The notes beneath the pieces were generated by a model that saw only the letters and a program-made list of their open reading frames with translations, made no database searches and was not told the origin of the DNA. Positions 55,901 through 64,000 of a stretch of 64,000 nt of DNA are shown here, piece by piece. A program made the translations under genes and the position numbers. The DNA lies in the IMG/VR virus record IMGVR_UViG_3300021426_000066, one strand, 5' to 3'. Position 1 is the first letter of the stretch; each line of letters opens with the position of its first letter. Source of the DNA: a virus (Duplodnaviria; Caudoviricetes).

Positions 55901-57824
55901 TATGAACTTCAAGATAAATTTTGCCCGAACTGCGGTGCTGATATGAGAGGTGAGAAACGTGTTAATGATTAAATTGGTAGACGCACGAAAAAACTTGTAC
56001 GAGAAGTGCGTAGAGCTATTCCATAATGAGAAGGTTGCGGAGAGCATTTATATGTACCTTTGTGATGGAATCGAAGAATGTAATGAAGTAGAGTCAGAAC
56101 GGAAGAAGGGCAAGTGGATGTGTACTGACGATCTTTATGAATATGGCGTGTGTTCGTGCTGTGGATTAGCAGAAGAGGTTTACGAATATGTGAAGAATTG
56201 GAACTACTGTCCGAACTGCGGTGCAGATATGAGAGGAGAACGACATGACAAATGAACAGGCTTATGTGACTTTAGAAAATTGCGCGAGTTTACTTTATAG
56301 CGGAACTAGATTTTTCCCCAAGAATCATGTGAAACAATTCCGTGAAGCGTATGAGTTGGCGATGGAGGCTCTGCGAAAGACCGACCGAAAGCATGGTAGA
56401 TGGGTGCCACACGAAGACGAAGATGGAGATGGAGAGTATTATGGAGATGATTGTTCTGAGTGTGGTGCATGGTATGTAATGCCGTCCGAAAAAGCAAAGT
56501 TTTGCCCGAACTGCGGGGCAGAGATGCAGGAGGACGAAGATGTATAATACAAACCAGACAGAAGCTATAGAAAGAGCAGCGGTTCTTTTAAAAGCAATTC
56601 ATGATTTAATGCAAAAACAAGAAGAATCCCACTACGTTCTAAATATTTTGGCAGAGACTATATTTTATGATGGATCGGAATGTGACGGTGGTTGTCTTAA
56701 AGAAGATATTGAATATTGGTTTGATGAGTTTTCGGATATTTCTCTTTTGGAGGATGGAGTATGAGAGTGTTAATTGATCTACAAGAAACAATAGATGAAT
56801 TACGACAGTATATAGTAAACCCTAGTATGTGTGTGTCGGACGATGAAACAGAAATAAAAAGATATAATGATGGACTTGAAACTGCAATATCTGTAATGTC
56901 TGGGATGCCTGCGGTGCAGCACAATCGTGAAAAAGGAAAATGGGTTCCGCATGATGAACAAAAAGAATTTGGATGGGGCATTGTCAGCGGAAAAGGCGGC
57001 GTGGAATGTTCCGTATGTGGGTACAAAACATATAATAAAATGCATAAAATCCTTCTATGTCCATATCACTATTGTCCCATGTGTGGAGCAGAAATGTCGA
57101 ATAATGTATGATGACTGATTTACAAGAAGTTTTATCTTTGAGGGGAAAAACAGGAGCAAGTCTTCGAGATTGTAAACGAGCAATTGACTATGTTAAAATG
57201 CACGATAAATGCACTCCAATTGGATATTTAAAGGCAATAGGATACGCTGTTGCTACCCTAGGAATAACCTTTGAAAAACGAGTGAGATTATTTAGTAAAG
57301 ACGCTGAAGAGGAAAAGGAAAGGCAGGAAAATAAAGCATGATTATTACAATTGATATTTTATCTTTGATTTTAGGAATTACTATCGGCATATTTGGTACA
57401 ATGATTGGAATAGTCTCTGTATATTTTAATGATAAATGGGATACTGCTTTTGGTGCAGGATGGGAAGCGGGTCGCAAGTATGGAAAAGAAGAAGTAGAGA
57501 AGGAAAATAAAAACAATGAGGCTAATTGATGTAGACGAATTCAAGCAAGATTTTAATATGGGGAATGACTGTGAATCTTGTGTGATGGATCGAAAAAGTT
57601 GCAAGTATGACCGAGTCTATTCTAAAATGGATTTTTGTGAGTGGCTTGATGATGCTGTTGATTATAAAACTAAGAAAGGAAAATGGATTAAGGCATATTG
57701 GCATGGAGATAACATAAGAGAATGTTCCAATTGTCATGTGACGCAGACGGTCAATGTATTTAAAGACAAAGTTCAGTTTAAGTATTGTCCTTATTGTGGT
57801 ACACCAATGGAGGAATCATTATGA
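49952..57824 (+). CDS. Cluster of about 25 modular mini-ORFs (DUF551-like and Zn-ribbon modules), including a DUF6440-like lipoprotein at 51760..52020
   Basis: Recurrent ISRQAAI/LPPAQPE, RWIPVxERLP..AWMP, GKW..CSxC..CPNCGADMR and RCKDCK modules. Confidence 0.75.
54388..54507 (+). pseudogene. Truncated Lar-family (restriction alleviation) Zn-ribbon fragment
   Basis: MNEELKPCPFCGG...VIICYD then ends before the second CxxC and the WN motif. Confidence 0.5.
54673..54969 (+). CDS. GNAT-family acetyltransferase
   Basis: EPYQNKSYGT, NAKAIHVYEKCGF. Confidence 0.8.
   Translation: MKYKANELYQEFELFNDDGIKIGEAEVDIKGKTLSRLTIYEPYQNKSYGTQIVEMLIKDYKINCLWVNDDNAKAIHVYEKCGFEKIKPTMWLMERKEK
57108..57341 (+). CDS. 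Small protein with an EF-Ts N-terminal (UBA-like) motif
   Basis: VLSLRGKTGASLRDCKRAI resembles EF-Ts VKELRExTGAGMMDCKKAL. Confidence 0.55.
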   Translation: MMTDLQEVLSLRGKTGASLRDCKRAIDYVKMHDKCTPIGYLKAIGYAVATLGITFEKRVRLFSKDAEEEKERQENKA

Positions 57825-58094
57825 ATAAAACAAGACGAGCCGAAATCAAAAGAAACGTATCTTATCTTAAAACCATTCTTAGCTTAATGGAAGAGTCGTT
57901 GACCATTAGTAATATCGCAGATGCAGAACAGGATGCATTTGATAATCTGCCTGAGGGGATCCAGGCAAGTGATAGGGGCGTAGAAATGGAAGATAATATT
58001 GAAGCTTTGAATGATTGTGATGAAAGTATTGGTGATATTAAGGAAACAATTAATGATGTGATTGAAGTTCTTGAAAAAATGCTTTAAGTAATAG

Positions 58095-58122
58095 TTGACA
58101 AATTAAAGATATTTGCTATACT
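58095..58122 (+). promoter_or_regulatory. Sigma-A promoter overlapped by the ACAAATTAAA operator
   Basis: TTGACAAATTAAAGATATTTGCTATACT. Confidence 0.7.
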
Positions 58123-58144
58123 AAAAGAGAGGAGGTGCAACACC

Positions 58145-59407
58145 ATGTTAAAGGAAAGAATAGAATTAATACAGGACATTAAAGACTATTTTGACACCAT
58201 CGTTTTTAATAACAAGAAGCAAAATAAAATTATTGCTTACTGTGCAGAACAGTTTGAATTTCCCGAAGATCTGATTTCTGATTATCTTAGAGGACAGAAA
58301 GAAGTATCTGGGGCGGAAACAGGTGTGTTGTACGCTCTCAGTAAAGCAATTGATAATCAGAGTTCTAAAAGAAACTTAGTTGGAGAATATTTTACTGACA
58401 AAGAACAGGAAACATTTAATGAATTGAAGTATGAACAGAAACATGTAGAGTTCCCGCTCCAGTTTAAAATGATACCTGTCGCTCCAGATTCATGGATTGG
58501 TGCTATTACTGCAAGAGAAATCATTGATTTGTATCAGGCCCAGTTGATAAATTATAATGCCAATACTCAGAGAGCGTTGAAATATATTTTCAAGAGAGGA
58601 GAAACCAATTATAAGATCGACGTTAACCAGAAAGCGGTTAGGGAAATCGAAGAGGCGTTTGAATCTGGAAGATATATTTCAAATACCTTGACATTAAACA
58701 TATGTTTGGATCGAAACGAAGATTATTCGTTTTATTACAATAATCAGACTGGCGAACTGATTATTGATAAGATCCAGATGTTTGACATTCTTGATGGATA
58801 TCATAGGCTGCTTGGAATATTCAGAGCTGCCAGCAAGATAGAAGATTTTGATTATCCAATGGAGTTAAGAATTACAAATTACGATGATAACAAAGCGAAG
58901 CAGTTTATTTTCCAGGAAGATCAGAAGACCAAGATGAAGAAGGTAGTATCTGAAGCCTATAATGTGTATTCGTTTGGAAACAGGGTTGTAACTAAACTAA
59001 ATGCGGATCCTGCTTGTGATATTCAAGGAATGATTACAATGAGCGGAGAATATATTTCTCAGCCTTGGTTAATGCATCTGATTGAGTATTTGTTCTTTAA
59101 TGGCGTTAATAAAGAGGAAGGAAGACAGATTATCAATCCAGTTGAGAAACATTTGGTTACTGCGTTTAATGGACTTGTTGGATTTGAAAACGAATACGCA
59201 TCTAAACGATATGCATATATTGAATTGATGAGTATATGCTATTATGCATTGCGACTGTATAAAGGAGAAGAGATCTCTGATATCGGTGAGCGTATCTTTA
59301 ATCTTATTACGAAATTAAAGGATGTCAATGATGTAAGATTGCAGCCTAGTATTAAGCCTACGAAGACTCTGCTTAAGAGTCTCAATAAGCTGGCATCTGA
59401 GGGATAA
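58145..59407 (+). CDS. DGQHR/DndB-like ParB-fold protein (SPbeta YopQ-like)
   Basis: INYNANTQR, TLTLNI, DILDGYHR, FIFQEDQKT. Confidence 0.7.
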   Translation: MLKERIELIQDIKDYFDTIVFNNKKQNKIIAYCAEQFEFPEDLISDYLRGQKEVSGAETGVLYALSKAIDNQSSKRNLVGEYFTDKEQETFNELKYEQKHVEFPLQFKMIPVAPDSWIGAITAREIIDLYQAQLINYNANTQRALKYIFKRGETNYKIDVNQKAVREIEEAFESGRYISNTLTLNICLDRNEDYSFYYNNQTGELIIDKIQMFDILDGYHRLLGIFRAASKIEDFDYPMELRITNYDDNKAKQFIFQEDQKTKMKKVVSEAYNVYSFGNRVVTKLNADPACDIQGMITMSGEYISQPWLMHLIEYLFFNGVNKEEGRQIINPVEKHLVTAFNGLVGFENEYASKRYAYIELMSICYYALRLYKGEEISDIGERIFNLITKLKDVNDVRLQPSIKPTKTLLKSLNKLASEG

Positions 59408-59411
59408 TAAT

Positions 59412-60323
59412 ATGTTTAATCCAAAGAGAAAAGATCGTTATATTAAATGGAAAACAAGTCATACCATTACTCCCGATGGTGGACTTCAAAGATTGTTTAA
59501 AAAGACGGATCTTTATGAAAAGAGATTAGGTAAGGATGTTTGTAATTTCGTTGAGAACGAGATACTTAATTTCTACAAAGTTTTAGGGACGAGGTCCGTT
59601 GGTAGTATTATTAATATGAATAGTCAGTTAGCACAGTATACTGATTGGTGTATGCACCAAGGACTGGTTGCCGATGGACAGAATCATTTTAGGATACTGA
59701 AAAAGGTAGATTTTGAATCTTGTGTTAATGTGGCGGCTATTAAAAAGATTGCAACAATTACAAGAGAAGACTTACTGAAAGAAATTAAAGTATTACCTAA
59801 TGCGAGAGAACAGTTTTTGATTTTATATTTCTTTGAAGTAGGAACAAGAGATATTGCTGAAGAATTAGAGTCATTAACTATTGATCAGTTTGAAGGAAAT
59901 ACAATTCATTTAATCTACAGAGATGTAGAAGTGTCGGATCAATTAGTGGAACTGGCACGACAGGCTGCGGAGGAGCATGAAATATATCCTTTTAAAACTG
60001 GTGGCAGAACATCTCATTATTCAGTAACAGAAAGTAAGCTGGTTGTAAAAATGCGGGAGTCTTCGGCGTATGGGAACAATCCTTCTCGTAGATATTATAC
60101 TCTATATACTAAAGCAATGAATTATATAGGGCTACCAATGTACAAGTCCAAAGAAATAGAAAACATGGGTAAGCTTCATATGCTCAAGGGGTTAGCTGAA
60201 GAGTATGGGTTGTCTTTACACGAAGCCATACAGAATCCTCGTATTTTTAATAAAATTCATAATCAGTATGGACTAAATGAGAACTGGCATGACTTGTGGA
60301 GAGATCTGGAGAAGTACGTTTAG
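59412..60323 (+). CDS. Degenerate tyrosine-recombinase-fold protein, YopR/MrpR-like putative master repressor
   Basis: MFN..RKDRYI, EKRLGKDVCNF, YTDWC integrase-N-like region; no HxxR motif; follows the YopQ-like gene as in SPbeta. Confidence 0.6.
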   Translation: MFNPKRKDRYIKWKTSHTITPDGGLQRLFKKTDLYEKRLGKDVCNFVENEILNFYKVLGTRSVGSIINMNSQLAQYTDWCMHQGLVADGQNHFRILKKVDFESCVNVAAIKKIATITREDLLKEIKVLPNAREQFLILYFFEVGTRDIAEELESLTIDQFEGNTIHLIYRDVEVSDQLVELARQAAEEHEIYPFKTGGRTSHYSVTESKLVVKMRESSAYGNNPSRRYYTLYTKAMNYIGLPMYKSKEIENMGKLHMLKGLAEEYGLSLHEAIQNPRIFNKIHNQYGLNENWHDLWRDLEKYV

Positions 60324-60348
60324 TACTTCTCTTTTGACCGATTGATAT

Positions 60349-60395
60349 AGTAGACAAATTAAATACTTGACATAGGGTTTTGAATTTGCTATAAT
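60349..60395 (+). promoter_or_regulatory. Consensus sigma-A promoter of the tRNA/Ro60 operon, with operator
   Basis: AGTAGACAAATTAAATAC-TTGACA-N17-(TGC)TATAAT. Confidence 0.8.
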
Positions 60396-60421
60396 GCGTA
60401 GTGTCAAGAGAGATGGATTAT

Positions 60422-60493
60422 TGGGCTATCGCCAAGCGGTAAGGCACAGGACTTTGACTCCTGCATTCACTGGTTCAAATCCAGTTAGCCCAG
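60422..60493 (+). tRNA. tRNA-Gln(TTG)
   Basis: TGGGCTA/TAGCCCA acceptor, CAGGA-CTTTGAC-TCCTG anticodon arm, ACTGG-TTCAAAT-CCAGT T arm. Confidence 0.93.
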
Positions 60494-60496
60494 CTC

Positions 60497-60617
60497 TCCC
60501 GTAGCGGTGAAAGTGTTACTTCATCACATATGTAAATATACAAGATACTTATTCTTTCCCTTCTAATAATGGTTCCACCATTATTTCACCTTTACACACT
60601 TTCAAATATTCACGGGA
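60497..60617 (+). ncRNA. Y-RNA-like element A
   Basis: TCCCGT/ACGGGA stem, AGCGG/AATATTC internal loop, TGAAAGTGT/ACACTTTCA stem, TACTTC; immediately 5' of the Ro60 gene. Confidence 0.6.
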
Positions 60618-60630
60618 AAAGGAGATAAAT

Positions 60631-62298
60631 ATGAGTAAAATGACTAAAGCTGTTAGAGCAAAGAGATCAGACGAGACAACTAAAAGACAAATTAATTTCA
60701 TGGGTGGTAATTCTTACGGATTATCACCTGTTGAGACCATGAAGATGGTGACAGCATCCTCTATTATGGGTGAACCTCAGTATTACAGAGACGGAGAATT
60801 TGCTCAGAAGGGTGTTAAAGATGGTAGGTATCGTCTGGATAGAGTTTTTGCAGATTATGCTGTAATCGGTGATCATTGGGAAGGCAAAAAGACCTCTGAA
60901 GTAATGGAGCAGATTATTGATGATGCTTTAGATGCTGATTTTGAATCGACAATCCGTTGGGCATTGGAGCTGCGTAAGGATTATTATATGAGGCTTAATC
61001 CTCAGGTGATCATGGTTAGAGCAGCTATGCATCCCAATAGAGTTAAATTTAATGAAGAACATCCTGGCCTGTTTTCTGCAATCAATGCTCAGGTAATGAG
61101 CAGAGCGGATGAGCCATCTTCTCAGCTTACTTACTGGCTTTACAAAAATGGAAGTAAGAAAGAGATTCCTTCAATCTTGAAAAGGAACTGGGCCAAGCGT
61201 CTGGAAAATGGTAAGAAGTATGAACTTGCCAAGTATAAGAACGCAAATGTAGGCATGATTGATACCGTGAGAATTTGTCATGCGAACAGTCCTGTTATTG
61301 ATGAATTAATGCAGACAGGAACCATCAAAGTAGATGAAAATGATTCTACTTGGGAAAGAATGCGTTCTGCGGGCAAATCTTGGAAAGAGATTTGGGATGC
61401 GGGTGTTTTGAAACATATGGCTTTGCTCCGTAATTTAAGAGGAATTTTTACTGAGATTGAAGATATGGATCTTTGCAAAGAGATTCTTGAATATCTTAAA
61501 AGTGGAGTCCTTAAAGGCAAGCAGTTTCCGTTCAGATATTGGTCCGCATATAAAGTTATTCAAAATGATTTTGAAGTTAATCATAAAGCTTTGATCCTTG
61601 ATACTCTGGAAGAATGTATTGACATTGCTTGTGAAAATATGCCAAAGCTAAAAGGTAAGACGATGTGCTTATCTGACAACAGCGGATCAGCTTGGGGTGC
61701 TTTTACATCAGAATATGGCAAAGTAACTATTGCTGAAATTGATAATTTAAGCAGTATTATTACTGCCAGAAATTCTGATGAGGGATATATTGGGAAATTT
61801 GGCGATGAGCTGATTGTTAGTCCTGTATCTAAACGAAATGGTGTACTTAACCAAGAAAAGGCTGTCACCAGTAAAGGTAGCAGAGATGTTGGCGGCGGTA
61901 CGGAAAATGGTATCTGGCTGTTCTTTAGAGATGCCATTGATAAAAAGCAGCATTGGGATAATATTTTTATCTATAGTGACCAGCAGTGTGGACATGGCGG
62001 GCTTTATGGTTACGGTAAAGATGCCAATGAATATTGCATACGTGGGTTTGCAGTGAGAACTGGTAATAGTAGATATGGATATATTGATGTAGCCAAACTC
62101 ATCAATGAGTACAGAAATAAAGTTAATCCTAAAGTAAACGTCTTTTGTATCCAAACAGCAGGTTATGATAATGTTGTTATTCCAGAATATGGATATAGAA
62201 CAAATATCATGTATGGATGGACATCCAAAGAATTATTATTCGCAGATGCCATGATAAAATTATGGGATGGACATGATGCACAGAAAATAAACAGATAA
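60631..62298 (+). CDS. rsr: Ro60/Rsr TROVE plus vWA domain RNA-binding protein
   Basis: 555 aa; MALLRNLR, QFPFRY, MIDAS DNSGS, GGT, YSDQQ, final GW motif. Confidence 0.88.
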   Translation: MSKMTKAVRAKRSDETTKRQINFMGGNSYGLSPVETMKMVTASSIMGEPQYYRDGEFAQKGVKDGRYRLDRVFADYAVIGDHWEGKKTSEVMEQIIDDALDADFESTIRWALELRKDYYMRLNPQVIMVRAAMHPNRVKFNEEHPGLFSAINAQVMSRADEPSSQLTYWLYKNGSKKEIPSILKRNWAKRLENGKKYELAKYKNANVGMIDTVRICHANSPVIDELMQTGTIKVDENDSTWERMRSAGKSWKEIWDAGVLKHMALLRNLRGIFTEIEDMDLCKEILEYLKSGVLKGKQFPFRYWSAYKVIQNDFEVNHKALILDTLEECIDIACENMPKLKGKTMCLSDNSGSAWGAFTSEYGKVTIAEIDNLSSIITARNSDEGYIGKFGDELIVSPVSKRNGVLNQEKAVTSKGSRDVGGGTENGIWLFFRDAIDKKQHWDNIFIYSDQQCGHGGLYGYGKDANEYCIRGFAVRTGNSRYGYIDVAKLINEYRNKVNPKVNVFCIQTAGYDNVVIPEYGYRTNIMYGWTSKELLFADAMIKLWDGHDAQKINR

Positions 62299-62308
62299 AA
62301 TTATATTT

Positions 62309-62414
62309 GCCGAAGCGGTCCAAAAGAGTTACTTCGATATTTTGGTTTATCATTTGTCTGCAAAACAAACTAAGTTGGTTCGATTCCAACAATACTCTTT
62401 TAATTATTCTCGGC
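62309..62414 (+). ncRNA. Y-RNA-like element B (contains a Cys anticodon-like arm and a T arm)
   Basis: GCCGA/TCGGC stem beginning GCCGAAG; AGCGG/TATTC loop; AAAAGAGT/ACTCTTTT stem; TTTGT-CTGCAAA-ACAAA; GTTGG-TTCGATT-CCAAC. Confidence 0.65.
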
Positions 62415-62472
62415 TTAATAATTGGTAAAACTTTCTTTTTGACATAAATATGTCTCTTTTTCTACATAAAGA

Positions 62473-62553
62473 TGCCTGAAGCGGAGATATGAGTTACTTC
62501 GAGCAGACTTTTAATCTGAATTTCATACAAACTCCTATCAATATTCTCAGGCA
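62473..62553 (+). ncRNA. Y-RNA-like element C (contains a Lys-UUU anticodon-like arm)
   Basis: TGCCTGA/TCAGGCA stem, AGCGG/AATATTC loop, GTTACTTC, CAGA-CTTTTAA-TCTG. Confidence 0.65.
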
Positions 62554-62711
62554 GCTCCTTGATTTGTTTGCATTCGCCTACGGTGTTTCGCACAAAATAA
62601 AACTAGAAAAAAGATTCCCACCATAAACCGTAGGCGATTGTTTTTTCACAAATCGTCTAAGAGAATCCACGAATCGTGGAGAATGTATCATTAAATATAA
62701 GATATAATTTT

Positions 62712-62853
62712 GGAGAGGTAGCTCAGTTGGTAGAGCGATAGAATATGTAAACTACTGTTTAGGATATTCCTGCTATGCAGAGCGGCTAGACAGATACTTC
62801 GTAAGGAACAAAATTGGGTCTATATGTCGTTGGTTCGATTCCAACCCTCTCCA
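62712..62853 (+). ncRNA. tRNA shell with the permuted Y-RNA-like motif inserted in the anticodon loop (element D)
   Basis: GGAGAGG/CCTCTCC acceptor, GCTC-AGTTGGTA-GAGC D arm, ATAGA/TCTAT stem, GTTGG-TTCGATT-CCAAC T arm; insert CTGTTTAG-GATATTC-CTGC-TAT-GCAG-AGCGG-CTAGACAG-ATACTTC. Confidence 0.7.
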
Positions 62854-62874
62854 TTTAAAGAAAGGAAAGAAAAA

Positions 62875-63144
62875 ATGGACGCTTTAAGAGAAACTAAACA
62901 GCAAATTGAAATACTATTAGAAGATTTGACGGAAGATACTTTTATAGCGGGATACAAGTTGGGACTAAAAGTGGCTTGGGAAGCCTGCTCTGATTTTGTT
63001 AAGGATCTTTTGAATCCTAAGATGGATAGTGATCAGATAAACGAAAAATGGGAATTATCTGCCAAATGGGGAGATAAGTTATCTGAAGAATTCTTTAAAC
63101 AGGAGCCACAAAAGATGGTAGATATTGCTAATAAGCATTTATGA
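62875..63144 (+). CDS. Hypothetical protein (true start probably MDALRE, after element D)
   Basis: AAGGA RBS; the tracked start at 62824 lies inside the T arm of element D. Confidence 0.6.
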   Translation: MDALRETKQQIEILLEDLTEDTFIAGYKLGLKVAWEACSDFVKDLLNPKMDSDQINEKWELSAKWGDKLSEEFFKQEPQKMVDIANKHL

Positions 63145-63151
63145 CTGGTTA

Positions 63152-63225
63152 TGGGATGTAGTTCAGTTTGGTAGAACGCTACACTTGGGCTGTAGAGGTC
63201 GCAGGTTCAAATCCTGTCATTCCAA
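63152..63225 (+). tRNA. tRNA-Pro(TGG)
   Basis: TGGGATG/CATTCCA acceptor, CTACA-CTTGGGC-TGTAG anticodon arm, GCAGG-TTCAAAT-CCTGT T arm. Confidence 0.9.
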
Positions 63226-63377
63226 TTGTGGAGTGCCAGCTTCACATATCAATGATATCTGGACAATATCATTGAACTTCTCTTTAAAGAATATGAGTTA
63301 AGGGATAGCATACAAGAGTGCTGAGGGTGGGGATTGCCATGGAAATCAGTTACAGATTCAAAAGGTATAAAGAGAAG

Positions 63378-63442
63378 CGAGTCATAGTTTAAATGGGAAA
63401 ATAGCTTGATCGGCAGATATAGGTTCGACTCCTATTGACTCA
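63378..63442 (+). ncRNA. Degenerate tRNA-like element with a shrunken anticodon arm
   Basis: GAGTCA/TGACTC acceptor, ATAGG-TTCGACT-CCTAT T arm, only GC-TTGATCG-GC in the anticodon position. Confidence 0.55.
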
Positions 63443-63445
63443 AAT

Positions 63446-63583
63446 GATGCGGTGGCGGAATAGGTAGACGCTTAAAGGGGAGTCGGAGGCGGCATAGCGT
63501 TGTGCGACAACGACTTAGAAAATGTGCGAAGCGAACGACCCGAAATGCTCCGATATGTAAGGTGCAAATCCTTACCCGCATAA
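63446..63583 (+). ncRNA. tRNA-Leu-like shell with a long insert, copy 1
   Basis: TGCGGTGGCGGAATAGGTAGACGC ... ATGTAAGGTGCAAATCCTTACCCGCA. Confidence 0.65.
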
Positions 63584-63795
63584 GAGGTGGACGTTCTTAC
63601 TCTTTATTCATCACCTCACAAAAAGGAATAAAGGGACGCAAGGCGGTGCGCGGTAAGGATTCCGTTCGGTGATGCTCGGTTAATTCATCCGGTTCCCGCC
63701 CATTTCCGTGACAAGTGGGAGTGCGACGTAGTGGCAGTGTAAGGTAGCACGGAAAAGTACGAAAAAATACACTGTGGCAGTAGGAAAGACTACAT

Positions 63796-63893
63796 TGTGC
63801 GGTGGCGGAATAGGTAGACGCATAGACCGTAAGAGCCTGTGAAATTACGGACAGTAACTGGCTCATGTAAGGTGCAAATCCTTACCCGCACGA
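63796..63893 (+). ncRNA. tRNA-Leu-like shell with a different insert, copy 2
   Basis: Same 24-nt 5' end and 26-nt 3' end as copy 1, unrelated interior. Confidence 0.65.
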
Positions 63894-64000
63894 GCCGTGG
63901 TGTCTTCCCACGTTAAACCAGGTGGGTTTACAGTCATCCCGAAACCCTGTATGGACAGATTACGGTTCGACTCCGTTTCAGCATGGGAGTATGCATCGCA

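Noticed and set aside
62742-62818. Self-splicing intron in a tRNA
   Set aside because: Only about 76 nt with no group I core; it instead matches the motif shared by the Ro60-flanking elements

Overview
AT-rich 64 kb segment of a large, probably temperate, SPbeta-like phage or prophage of a Firmicute (Clostridia-like RBSs and sigma-A promoters). The left arm (1-20.4 kb, minus strand) follows the SPbeta yonD-yonO order: head-maturation protein, portal, large terminase, small-terminase-like gene, tRNA-Gly, metallophosphoesterase, ClpP-like, PhoH, tRNA-Asn, HU and a YonO-like single-subunit RNA polymerase. That polymerase is split at its catalytic motif by a group I intron carrying a GIY-YIG endonuclease. 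The strand switches at about 20.4-21 kb. The right arm (plus strand) is a long early/accessory region with a tyrosine recombinase, a DUF262 protein, YopQ/YopR(MrpR)-like regulators, LexA boxes, a repeated phage operator, an orphan DGR-type target gene, a cluster of shuffled modular mini-ORFs, and a Ro60/TROVE gene among tRNAs, Y-RNA-like elements and tRNA-shell RNAs. The strongest candidate for a new system is at 34.7-39.0 kb. There a stand-alone reverse transcriptase (YSDD) and a PC4/YdbC ssDNA-binding protein are followed by four non-coding units of identical architecture: covarying closing stem, TTTATG, a long variable GC-rich hairpin, AATGA-N6-9-TANAGRAAYGC, closing stem. Two unknown ORFs lie between units 3 and 4. 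This looks like a multiplexed retron-like RT/ncRNA array. All calls come from reading the sequence by eye; no searches were run.
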